42,082 nt of DNA from contig JWZX01002880.1 of the NCBI GenBank assembly GCA_001275005.1, positions 1 through 42,082 of the forward strand, in the 5' to 3' direction. A program made the translations under genes and the position numbers. The notes beneath the pieces are model-generated. The model saw only the letters and a program-made list of their open reading frames with translations, was not told the DNA's origin and did no database searches. Below are positions 10,683 to 20,184 of this stretch, in pieces. The number at the start of each line of letters is the position of its first letter. Position 1 is the stretch's first letter. Origin of the DNA: Chrysochromulina tobinii. Its lineage: Eukaryota.

Positions 10683-12524
10683 TCAAGAGATCTCGCCGGC
10701 CTCCATGCGCCTCTTCCGCTCGGCTTGCATGCGTGCCACATTGAGGCCGGCGGCCGCCTCCTTATTGCCCGGCTCGAGAGCGAGCGCCTTGGTGAAGGCG
10801 GCACACGCGCCGGCGGGGTCCTCCTCGGCCTGGAGCGCGAGCGCCAGCCGGAAGTGCCCCTTTGCAAATTTGGGTTCGAGTTTGACGCACTCGAGCGCGT
10901 CCTCCCGGGCTTGGGCGTACCTGATGAGGGAGGCAATCAGCGGTGCACTCAGCGATGCACTCAGCGATGCACTCGAGCGCGTCCACGTGGGCTCGGGCGG
11001 ACCGTCCAAGCTTGAGAAAGCACGCGGCGCGGTTAGAGTAGAGTGTGTGCTGGCTCCCATCGAGGGTAAGGGCCTCGGTGTAGAAGACGGCAGCCTGCTG
11101 GTACTCATTCGCTTTGAAGGCCTCGTTCCCCTGTGCAGGAGGCAAGCCCATCAGAGGCGATCAGAGGCGATCAGAGGCGATCAGAGGCCTTCCGAGGCGA
11201 GGCCATCCGTGGCCATCCGAGCAAACGCCGTCCACGCAGGACACCTGCTTCTTCTTGTACTCGATCCGCGCCGCCATACGACCCTCTTCCGTCTGCTCTG
11301 CCTGCACTGTGGCCACGCTCGCCTGCTCTGCCTGCTCCTTGAGCATCGTCTTCATCTGCTCGCGCTCGGCTTGCGTGAGCTTCTTGCCTAATCCGGAGCC
11401 GAGCATGCCGTCGACGACCTCGTCGAGCTTGTCCGAATGCATGCGCGTGCGCCTCTCGAATTCGCGCACCTGAGGAGGGAGGCTATCATGGGTCAAGAGC
11501 GTTGTCCGAATGCATGCGCGTGTAATTCGCGCACCTCGCGCTCGGTCGTAGGGAACTCATTGCACAGTCGGATGACCAGCTCAGTCTCGAGCGGACCCGT
11601 CGCCGACAGCCGGCGTGTGATGAACTGGTCGATATCCTCCGAGAGCGCCATCTGCGGCCTCTCCTGTTGGAGCGAGTCAAAGTCGATCGTGGTGCCCAAC
11701 GCGGTGTCGTCTTCAAAAGCGACACTGGTGCTACGTGCTCCGGTGCTCATGAGACGGTCGAAGAAGTCGGCCTGCGCGAAAGTGAGCGCGAGGCCCGTGC
11801 ACTTGTCCACCTGTAGCGTCGCCGCCTTCGCGCCCAGCCGCACCGCCGCGCGCTCGCATCTCCACACCTCGACAATCTCCGTGAGCACCCGCGCCTGCAC
11901 ATCGATGCGAGTGTCGGTGCAGTGCTCGATCTGCACCTTGATCACGGAGAGCTCGGGCGCGAGCGTGAGCTTGCAGCCCTTGCATCCGCTGATGATCAGC
12001 ACGGGCAGCTCCGGCATCCCCTCCTCAGTCGGCGTGATCGTTCGCTCCACGTCTCTCAAGTCGCACAGCTTGAACGGCTTCGCGCGGCTCGGCCCCTCGA
12101 GCTCTCCGGCGAGGCGTGCCTTGGCCTCCTTGAGCAGCTCCTGCTTGCTCTTGGGTTCCGCGCGCTTGAAGCCGTCGAGGAGCGCGGGCGCCACCTCGGG
12201 CGCCGGGTCGGAGGCAAGGAGCCGATCCCACACGCCGGGCACTGCCTTGTGCAGCGTGATCACGAGCGTTGCGGCACCGCCATCCTTGTCGACGACCCAC
12301 AGCGACTCGCCGGTCACGATCACGGCCGAGAGCTCCTCCGAAGCCGGGAGTGGCGACGTGCCTGCCTCGTCCAGCGCGAGCTTTATTGTGCGCGCCGAGA
12401 AGGAGCACTTCACTGACGCCGAGGACGCCCCGAGCGGAACCTTGATGGTGACATCTTGCAGCGTCCGGTCCCAGGTATAGCCCGTGCCACTTCCGCCGCT
12501 GTATTGACCCGGTACGTGCATCAT
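10683..12524 (-). CDS. CS (p23/NudC-like) + C-CAP/cofactor-C-like beta-helix + TPR co-chaperone-like protein
   Basis: Exons 12524-11535, 11469-11245, 11130-11003 and 10920-10683 join in frame (526 aa). CS: YTWDRTLQDVTIKVP..ESLWVVD..LVITLHK..WDRLL. CAP-C: LIISGCKGCKL..LQVDKC. TPR: GNEAFK..AAVFYTEAL..LYSNRAACFLKLGRY..KGHFR. Confidence 0.85.
10921..11002 (-). other. Intron made of an exon duplication + 12-nt repeats + acceptor cassette
   Basis: The first 37 nt match the downstream exon start at 31/37. Then (TGAGTGCAYCGC) repeats, then TGATTGCCTCCCTCATCAG. Confidence 0.85.
11131..11244 (-). other. Intron with (TGATCGCCTC)n filler repeats
   Basis: GT-AG, phase 0, restores KKKQ|GNEAFK. Contains GGATGGCCAC, GGATGGCCTC and three TGATCGCCTC units. 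Confidence 0.85.
11470..11534 (-). other. 65-nt intron made of an exon duplication + acceptor cassette
   Basis: Starts GTGCGCGAATT and CACGCGCATGCATTCGGACAA, both identical to the downstream exon (8-nt gap between them). Ends TGATAGCCTCCCTCCTCAG. Confidence 0.85.
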
Positions 12525-13103
12525 CGTGCTGGTGCTATATCAAGCGAGTTACAGGCTGATCGGCACGAGGCCGTCCGCGGCGGCGAGCTCGGGCGTGGTA
12601 GCCCTATGAAGCGTTTGTGAAGCCAGAAGATTTCTAACGAGTCGATTCCTGAAGCGTGAAAGGACTCATCAGAGAAACCGGGGCGGCAAGTCAGTCATTC
12701 ACAGTTAGTCTTGTCGCGAGTCCCCCGCGCTCACCACACTCCGTCTCAAAGGACGGCTCCGCTGCCCTCGGTCAACACAAGTACTGAGTACTCGGGCCAA
12801 ACTCAAATCTCAATTGAGAATTGTTGGCTTGTGTGGTCGTGCTCTCCCCAAGTTGGGCGTCCGACCGCTGCCGCACGGTCGCCTGCAGTCGACCAGAGTC
12901 AGTCGGTCAGTCAGTCAGTACTCTGTGGAAGTTTTTTTTTTCAACTGACTCAAGTACACGTAAATTTTCGTTTTCTGTGAGGTCTGGGTCGTCCATGGGG
13001 TCGTCTGAGCTCGCCGATTCATATCATATCCACAAGCAAGCAAGCTAGTTAGTCGAAACACATATTCTCAGCGAGAATATGATCCCCATGCCCAGCCCCA
13101 CAT

Positions 13104-13883
13104 TCACTGCCACGGCCAGCGTGCCGCAACGAGCAGCGCAGAGAGGTCGGTCGTTGGCTCGCCTTTGCCAATGCATATGTCGAAGCGCAGCCCCGAGGCC
13201 CTCTCGGCCACCGCCTCCGCCATGACACGGGCGACATCCAGCCTCGAGATGGCGCCGTAATGAGGCAAAGTGTCATCATGTCCCACGATGAGTTCCTTCT
13301 CGCCCGGCCCGTACTTGCCCTCGATGCCGCACGGTTTCACGATCACGTTGCCAATGCCCGAGCTCATCAGGAAGGCCTCGGCGTTCAGTTTCCAAAACAA
13401 GATGGGGCCACCCATGAACGGTTTTGGATTCGGATCGGTGGTGCCCATGGATGAGCAGAGCACGACACGTTTCTCGCTCATTGGCGAAGACCCAGAAGCC
13501 ACCAGTGCCTTCACCTGGTTCTCGACTCCGATAAATTCGATCGCCTTTTGCTCGTCCTCGTCGGAACCACCAGGCGCCCCCACCGCAATGGCCACTGTGT
13601 CGACCCCGGCGAAGGCAGGCGTGAGGGTGGCGGGTACCGTGACATCGCCATAATAGATGCCCTCGGACGCGTCGCAAATCGTGCAGTTGAGGATCTTTTG
13701 GGCATCCTCATGAGCCGTCGATGTGTTGTAGATGAATGCACGAACCATGCCAACACGTGGATCAGCCTTGAGCTGTTTGTAAAGCAGGCTGCCGGTGCCT
13801 CCCGTCGCTCCTGTCACGATGACAGAGGGTGGTGTGAGCGGAAGCTGACCGAGAAAGCCGAATAAGTGCATGACACTGAGCAT
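13104..13883 (-). CDS. NAD(P)-binding Rossmann-fold protein (atypical SDR / NAD_binding_10-like), possible signal peptide
   Basis: VIVTGATGGTGS, GDVT..LTPAFAGVDTVAI, VVLCSSMGTT, WKLNAEAFLMSSG..VIVKPCG, ISRLDVARV. Start ATG inferred at 13883. Confidence 0.88.
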   Translation of the reverse strand: MLSVMHLFGFLGQLPLTPPSVIVTGATGGTGSLLYKQLKADPRVGMVRAFIYNTSTAHEDAQKILNCTICDASEGIYYGDVTVPATLTPAFAGVDTVAIAVGAPGGSDEDEQKAIEFIGVENQVKALVASGSSPMSEKRVVLCSSMGTTDPNPKPFMGGPILFWKLNAEAFLMSSGIGNVIVKPCGIEGKYGPGEKELIVGHDDTLPHYGAISRLDVARVMAEAVAERASGLRFDICIGKGEPTTDLSALLVAARWPWQ

Positions 13884-14789
13884 GAGAAAAAGAAGTGAAG
13901 TCGGTTTAGTCAAGTCGGTTAAGTCAAGTCCGTAAGGCGGTTCTGGTTGACCCCACCGTGGAGGCGCGTACGCGTCGTCTAACGGCCTCGTGCCCTCGTC
14001 TCGAGCATGGTTTGTTGGTTTCGAGAGGTTAAAGGGGTGGGTGGCCGTGTCGCCAAGATGCGTAACGCGTTTTCGCGTGACGCTATGCTGCCATGCCGTG
14101 TGCCGCATTGAAACGAGAGATGAGAGAGATTCATTTCAGATTTTGATTCCCATTGTCGACAATGATTGTCGAGGTTGCCGTGTGACGCCCAAAGTTACAC
14201 GGCTATGAACGAATGAACCCAACGTGAACGAGGGCCAGATTACAGGGGGGACGGTATCCATCATGGAACCAGACAAGGGGGATGCGGGAGAACCCAAATG
14301 GGGGGTCTCTCCGCCGTTAGTAGGGTTTTGGAGGGTGAAGGGGATTCCCAGGGGAAAGCCTTACAGGCAGCGGTTCGTATGCCGCCTGCGCCGCTGCGCG
14401 CGGGCTGATACTGCTCTCTTAATACTCACACGCCGACGGCTCCGCCTCGAGAGAAATTCCGCTGGCGGCTGACGGTCGGACGTTCGAATATCGAAGCGCG
14501 AACTTGAACTTGAACTTGAACGAAGCGCCGACGGTCGGACTTTCGAATATCTTAAATATCAACTTTTACCGGCCCGCCCAAACCGGGCGGCCGGCGGGTA
14601 AAATTTCGCGATCGACATTCATTCTTCAAAGCCAAATGTTCTCATTCGACAACTTAGACAACGGACCGGCGCGCACTTACGGAATTGCTGCCAAAAGCTC
14701 GGGGACCCTGGACCGTTCACAGTGCATCCCCACAGATCTCCTCCGCTCGCGGGAGACCTGTTTGAGTTCCATGTTGCCGAATCTTTCAC

Positions 14790-16307
14790 ATGTCCGCCGG
14801 CGATCCGCTCGCCTCAGAGCAAGACGCGCTCCTTCGTCAGTACTACCTTAGCCGGGGAACCCGCGACACGACGAGCCGGTGGTCGGCCGACGGCCCGAAG
14901 TCCATCTCGCCATTCGTGCCGTGCTGCGCCTCCCGCATCCCGACCGTGCTGCGCGCGGCGCGCTTGATGCCCGACGACGTGCTGTGGGACCTTGGGTGCG
15001 GCGACGGCCGACTGCTGCACCATGCGGCGGGTCAGTATGGCTGCCGATGTGTTGGCGTCGATATCGACGCGCCGTGCATCGCCGAGGCCAAGCAACGCGC
15101 AGTCGAGCAGCGCGTGGCGCATCTGTGCGAGTTTGCCACATGCGACCTGACGGCGCTAGAGCCCGGTGCGCTGCGGCCATCGCCCTCCGCCGCCGACGGA
15201 TGCGTCACACTCGGTGCGGCGGCCCTCGGTGACGACGATTCCTCCGACGGCGACGCTGTGCGGCAGCGGCTGCCGGCGCCGACGTGCGTGCTCATCTTCA
15301 TCACCTCGCATGGTCTGACTCGGCTAGAGCAGTTCCTGCACCGTGAATGGGCCGCGGGCGGGCTGCGCATCGTCACGTGCGTCGAGTCGCTCGCAAGCTG
15401 CTTCGACTTTGAGAGCGAAGACCCCTTATTTGCTGCCGACGAGGGACGTCATGAGTGGCCCATTTATGAGGCGCATGCGCAGCACGGCGTGTACGTTACT
15501 CCGCCGTGCGGCACGAGGGTCGAAGCTTGGGCGGAGCTCGAGCCGCTGCACCTGCCACGCATGCCCCCCACCCCCGCCGAGCTTGATGCGATCGAGGACG
15601 TGCATGCCAACTTTGCCCTCATCGACCAATTGCTCTCCTCGGCTGAGAGGCGCGCCATTGACGAGATCGGCGCGCGCTGTGCGGCAGCGGAGGAGGGGGC
15701 GGAGGGCGGGGGCGTGCCGGTGGCGGCGGCGGCGGGCGACGACGACGGTGGCGCGCTGAGCAGCTTCCTATTCGCGAGCGAGACGGCGGGCGCGAGCGAT
15801 CTCGACGTGATCTCGCGCGTCGAAGATTGCATGCATGCGGCCAAGGAGCACCGCGTTGTGCACCTGCATCGACACGGCGCCTTCCAGGCGGAGCTGCCGA
15901 GGCTGCTCGAGACTGTGCTGGCGCGCGTGCGGGCCGTCGACGCGGGCCGGTGGCGGCTGCTGGTAGGTCGCGCCGTCCACATACGCTCGATCGAGTGGCA
16001 TGTCTACCATCCCGGGGGCGCCGTATCGGCCACCGACCATCGCGATACCGGTAGCCTGTTGACCCTCTCGGCGCTCCTGACGAAACCAGACGAGTACGAG
16101 GGAGCGCGCTTTCAGTTCCCGATCGCTCCACGGGGCATCGCCGGCGCGGCTGCCGCAGCAGTGAGCCCAGCGCTCGCGTGCGGCGACGCGGTCCTGTTCC
16201 CGTCGGAGACACGTCATAGCGTGAGCACACTGCTGAAAGGAGAGCGACGATCCTTCGTCATCGAGCTCTGGGAGGGGCCACCCAATCAGCACAACCGCCA
16301 TCGATGA
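14790..16307 (+). CDS. Class I SAM methyltransferase (FAM173-like) fused to a 2OG-Fe(II) oxygenase
   Basis: N-terminal SPFVP..DVLWDLGCGDGRLL..CVGVDID. C-terminal YHPGG..DHRDTGSLLTL..YEGARFQF..GDAVLFPSETRHSVSTLLKGERRSFVIELW (HxD..H..R). Confidence 0.85.
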   Translation: MSAGDPLASEQDALLRQYYLSRGTRDTTSRWSADGPKSISPFVPCCASRIPTVLRAARLMPDDVLWDLGCGDGRLLHHAAGQYGCRCVGVDIDAPCIAEAKQRAVEQRVAHLCEFATCDLTALEPGALRPSPSAADGCVTLGAAALGDDDSSDGDAVRQRLPAPTCVLIFITSHGLTRLEQFLHREWAAGGLRIVTCVESLASCFDFESEDPLFAADEGRHEWPIYEAHAQHGVYVTPPCGTRVEAWAELEPLHLPRMPPTPAELDAIEDVHANFALIDQLLSSAERRAIDEIGARCAAAEEGAEGGGVPVAAAAGDDDGGALSSFLFASETAGASDLDVISRVEDCMHAAKEHRVVHLHRHGAFQAELPRLLETVLARVRAVDAGRWRLLVGRAVHIRSIEWHVYHPGGAVSATDHRDTGSLLTLSALLTKPDEYEGARFQFPIAPRGIAGAAAAAVSPALACGDAVLFPSETRHSVSTLLKGERRSFVIELWEGPPNQHNRHR

Positions 16308-16759
16308 CGTTGGGTGCACGAGGGGACGAAACACGAGGTGTTTCGCGAAGCTTCAGCGCGACCAGTTTCGAGATGGACGCGAGCGAGCGTTTCGCAAGCG
16401 GCAAGGTGTGCACCCGGACTGGCAGTCTCTTTACGTGTGCAAACTCATATCTGGGCATCAGAATGAGTGGTACACACGGGCGTGTGCATTGGTTATTCGG
16501 GCGGAGCCAGGATCTTTACGCTTTCAGCTCATGTACACCCGCGGACTGTAAATGACCTTTCGTGAAATTCGTCAACACAACTATTACCTCTGGGCTATCA
16601 GTGTATGATTCCTCCACCCCCATGGGCGCGCCCTATGTCACCCGCACCATGCCTCTCGCCACCCTCCAAGCCACGGACTCCTGACGAATGTGTCGCTCCC
16701 TGCCCTTGACCTGTAGGGTCGGACACGTACGGCGATGATGGCATCAATGCCAGCCACGC

Positions 16760-17089
16760 TCATGCGGCATCTTCCTCGAGCAGCACGTCAACAATCTTTG
16801 CAATGTCCTTCTCGCGCTCCATTAGGTCGCCCTGAACGTTCAGCTCGCTGAGCGCCTTCTGCGCCATCTTGATGAGCTCAGGATTCGTCGGGATGCTCCC
16901 ATAGTGCTTGGTATAAAAGTCTAGCACGCTTGCCACCAGCTCACCAAGTTGGTCGTCGTCCAAATCTTTGACAGTCTTTGGCAGCAACTTTGCGGCGTCC
17001 GCCGATTTCTGCGCGTACTTGTGCGCTCCACCTTCTATCGCGCGCTGCGTGTCCGGCGCTGCCCCCTCCGTGCTTTGCTCCGCTCCCAT
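16760..17089 (-). CDS. Small hypothetical protein (109 aa) with a predicted N-myristoylation start
   Basis: MGAEQS start (MGxxxS), normal coding-like composition, helical body. Confidence 0.65.
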   Translation of the reverse strand: MGAEQSTEGAAPDTQRAIEGGAHKYAQKSADAAKLLPKTVKDLDDDQLGELVASVLDFYTKHYGSIPTNPELIKMAQKALSELNVQGDLMEREKDIAKIVDVLLEEDAA

Positions 17090-17394
17090 CGCGTTCCCCT
17101 CGTTCGCGCGTCTAAGCCGCGACGAAAAGACAGAACAACTTTGAAACTTCCCTCGGCGATTCCGCGTTTGGGTTGTGCTGCACTCGAGGGACCCTGAGCC
17201 AAACCGAACCCGCACGCACATGCTGCAATGTACGCGTCAGTACACTACATGTACTCCTTACCGCTGAAAACAGTGAGGCGACGTGATCGTAAATGCGGCT
17301 CGACGCGGGTGCGCAATGTCCAATGATGTGCGCAGTGCGGCCCGGCGCCCGCACACTTAGGATGCCCAAGTACATACACTTAGGATGGATCTCG

Positions 17395-17455
17395 GGAGAT
17401 CTCGAGCTGGAGATATCGAGCTGGAGATCTCGAGCTGGAGATCTCGAGCTGGAGA
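17395..17455. repeat. Tandem 14-nt minisatellite GGAGATCTCGAGCT (~4.5 copies)
   Basis: Directly visible downstream of the ZIP gene stop; the unit contains AGATCT, CTCGAG and AGCT palindromes. Confidence 0.9.
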
Positions 17456-17545
17456 ACTATGCTCGTCCTCGGATTGCATGCACCGCCCGTACGTTCGCGC
17501 GCCGCGGCTGCGCACGCCTCAGCGCACCGGCTCGGGCTGTGGCGC

Positions 17546-18667
17546 TCATAGGCTGGGGTTCGCGGGCGTCTCCCAATCCTGGAAGAGCACGAGCGAGATC
17601 GCCATGATCACCATGCCGAAGATGAGGCACGCGGTCGCTTTCGCCTGGTTGCCCATGTACCGTTGGGCCGCGGGCAGCAGCTCGTGGCACACGATGAAGA
17701 CCATCATGCCGCCCACCATCGAGAAGACGATGCCAAAGACCAGGTCTGTGAAGACGGGCTGCAGCACGGCAAAGCCCGCGATGCCGCCGATCGGCTCCGT
17801 CAGTCCGGAGAGGAACGACCAAAAGAAGGCCTTGGTCGGGCTGCCGGACGCATAGTAGATGGGCATCGCGACGCACACGCCCTCGGGGATGTTGTGCACC
17901 GCGATTGCCACGCCGAGGCTCGCGCCGACCCGGGCGTCATTGACAGTCGCCAAGAAGGTCGCGAGTCCCTCTGGGAAGTTGTGGATCCCGATGGCGAGTG
18001 CGGTCATGATGCCCATGCGTCCGAGGCGCTTCTTCTCTTCGGCATCGGCCATGTCGGCTGCTGTTATCGCCGCATCGTGTGTGTGCGCTACCACCATGGC
18101 GTCGTGCGATCGCACCACCACCTTGACCTGCGCTACCTCTGCCGCTGCCGTCCCTGTGGAGCTGCCTGCACCACTTGCCTCGTCCGAACAGGTCGACGTC
18201 GCCGCCTCTTCTTCGGCCGTCGAGCATTCGTGCTTCTCATGCGAGTTGCCACCGGGGAACCCATGCGCGGGGCACACATCCGCGTGTGTACCGCCGCCAC
18301 ATCTGCTCAACCAGTCGACGAGCACCTCGAGCAGCGCGCAGAAAAGCATACCGCAGAAGAAGCAGGTGGTCGTCACCGCGACGGCGCCGCCCTGGCTGAA
18401 GCCAGCATCCGACGCGGATATGGCTGCGAGCGACTTGACGAAGATCTCGATGAACGAGACGTACAGCATCACGCCTCCGGAGAGTGCAAGCGCGACGGCA
18501 AGCACGATCTGTTGCGGCATGCTCTTGAAACAATAGGGAAAGAAGACGAGCGCACCGCCGACCGAGGTGGCGAGGCCGGCACCGATGCTCACGCCGATTG
18601 CAGGGAGTATCCTCTCCGTGCATGCCCACGCAATCGGGGCGTCACATGGACCGCTCGAGTTCGACAT
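17546..18667 (-). CDS. zupT: ZIP-family (ZupT/GufA-type) zinc/metal transporter
   Basis: AGLATSVGG, LSGGVMLYVSFIEIF, ALAIGIHNFPEGLATF, AIAVHNIPEGVCVAMPIY, SGLTEPIG, GMMVFIVCHELLP. Confidence 0.95.
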   Translation of the reverse strand: MSNSSGPCDAPIAWACTERILPAIGVSIGAGLATSVGGALVFFPYCFKSMPQQIVLAVALALSGGVMLYVSFIEIFVKSLAAISASDAGFSQGGAVAVTTTCFFCGMLFCALLEVLVDWLSRCGGGTHADVCPAHGFPGGNSHEKHECSTAEEEAATSTCSDEASGAGSSTGTAAAEVAQVKVVVRSHDAMVVAHTHDAAITAADMADAEEKKRLGRMGIMTALAIGIHNFPEGLATFLATVNDARVGASLGVAIAVHNIPEGVCVAMPIYYASGSPTKAFFWSFLSGLTEPIGGIAGFAVLQPVFTDLVFGIVFSMVGGMMVFIVCHELLPAAQRYMGNQAKATACLIFGMVIMAISLVLFQDWETPANPSL

Positions 18668-18970
18668 AAACACCTTTTTAGGTGCGTTGGATGCAATCTT
18701 TGGAAATCTTGCAAAAAACCGCGCCAAAAAAGGCTCGCCTGATTTCGTCTGACGTTTTGCTTTTCAGTCGTGAGAACATGACACAATTCCTACAAGTACA
18801 CGCACCGTAGGGACCCTACAGCAGTTGGCGCAGCTCAACCGCACGTGATCTGAGCCGCGCGGGGGGACAGCTTGTGTGTAGCCGGGTCTGGCCACCCTCC
18901 TGCACCGTGCCGTGCATGGGTGGTCGTCGGCTGACCCGTCAGCTCCGGCGGAGGCAGCCACGGCATGCGC

Positions 18971-19923
18971 TCAAACGTAGGGGAACGTCGGGTGCCCGAG
19001 GGCGCTCTGCGTGACGACCGCGCTGAAGGCGAGCATGGCCAGCCGGCCGTGAGTGAGCTCAGCGAGCTTGTATTTCTCCTCGGTCGCGGGCGTGAGCAGT
19101 TTTAGCGGATCGAAGCCGAAGTCGCCCGGCTTGCGGGAGGGGTTCTCGCCGTAGATCTGAGAAAACTTAATCGTCTCGAACGTGCCAACAAACAGCAGCA
19201 GCAGGAAAAGCTCGTACTTAGCGGTCGTCTCGTGCGCAGTGAACGAGGTCAGGCCAGCGTACTTGGCGCCCGGGAACTTGAGGCCCAGGTCCACCGAGAC
19301 ATACCCAGTCCACGCGAGCATGCACAGGCGGCCGTGCTCCAGCTCCGCCTCGCGCATCCACTTGATGTTGCTCGGTGAGGAGAGGCCCATTGGGTCGAAG
19401 CCAGCGTTGCCGACCATGCCCTCCAGGTGCTGCGAGCGCATGGCAGTGGCGGCGGCAGCGCGCGTGAGCCGTGGAGCGGAGATCGGGCTGGTGTGCAGAG
19501 AGGCTGCCGCGTGAGGCTGCTTGCTGCTGCTGCCGCTGCGAAGGTTGCTGCTGCTGCTGCTGCTAACAACGTTCATTCAGCCTTGGCTGCAGCTGCTGCG
19601 GCAGCTGCTGCGGCTTGCAGGAGCCCCACACGCGCTAGTCGCGCTGCATGAATCGCCGACTGTAGTCACAGAAGCAACTCCGAAGGCTGTCGAGGTGGGT
19701 GCGATGGGGCGTGACGCACCGCGGGGCACTCTTGCCACGGCAGCGCCTTGGACTTGGCCATCATCGAGACCGAGGCACGCGGCGCCACCGGCGCCGGCGC
19801 ATGGAAGGCGCACGCAGATGAAGCAATCGAGAGCTGCGGCAGGCCACACGCGGCGACCGGTCAGGCAAATGCGTAGCATTGGAGCACCAGCACATGAAGC
19901 GTGAAAGCGAACGAGCGCACCAT
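18971..19923 (-). CDS. Fucoxanthin-chlorophyll a/c light-harvesting protein (Lhcr-like)
   Basis: Exons 19923-19921 (ATG only), 19833-19720 (LSIASSACAFHAP..AKSKALPWQECPA) and 19429-18971 (HLEGMVGNAGFDPMGL..REAELEHGRLCMLA..PGDFGFDPL..ELTHGRLAMLA). Intron 2 carries CAG-type repeats. Confidence 0.93.
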
Positions 19924-20184
19924 TTCGCGAGATTCGATCACCGCCTCTTTCATTTAAGCGCCGGAAAAGGAATGTTCACACAGGCTTGGGGTCTGGTGAG
20001 GTCGTCGAAAGGGAGGTGCAGTCGAATGTAAGGTGCAGTGAAGATGGATACAAAGACTCCTTATTTTGGTAACCTGCGCAGGGCGTCGGCATTCTTGTTG
20101 ATGCTTGTAGTACGAGCTGCAGGACGAGGAACAGCTCTCCTCGACCGACGTTGCTAGTGCCGCTTGCGGTGGCGACGTGCCCTC

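Noticed and set aside
12890..12920. (CAGT)n tract upstream of the CS-TPR gene
   Set aside because: Short simple microsatellite with no further structure.
14224..14380. G-rich segment with TTAGTAGGGTT as a telomeric repeat or telomerase template
   Set aside because: Single imperfect match with no tandem telomere units.
17395..17455. CRISPR-like array (also the intron repeats and the 22265/22300 repeat)
   Set aside because: Units are directly adjacent or only two copies, with no unique 25-45 nt spacers, no cas genes and a eukaryotic context.
19500..19620. Poly-Ser N-terminus of ORF 18971..19576
   Set aside because: It is CAG-repeat sequence inside LHC intron 2, not coding.
20043..20184. Extra 5' exon for the PKD2-like gene
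   Set aside because: The tested GT-AG combinations hit stops or the wrong frame; left unresolved.
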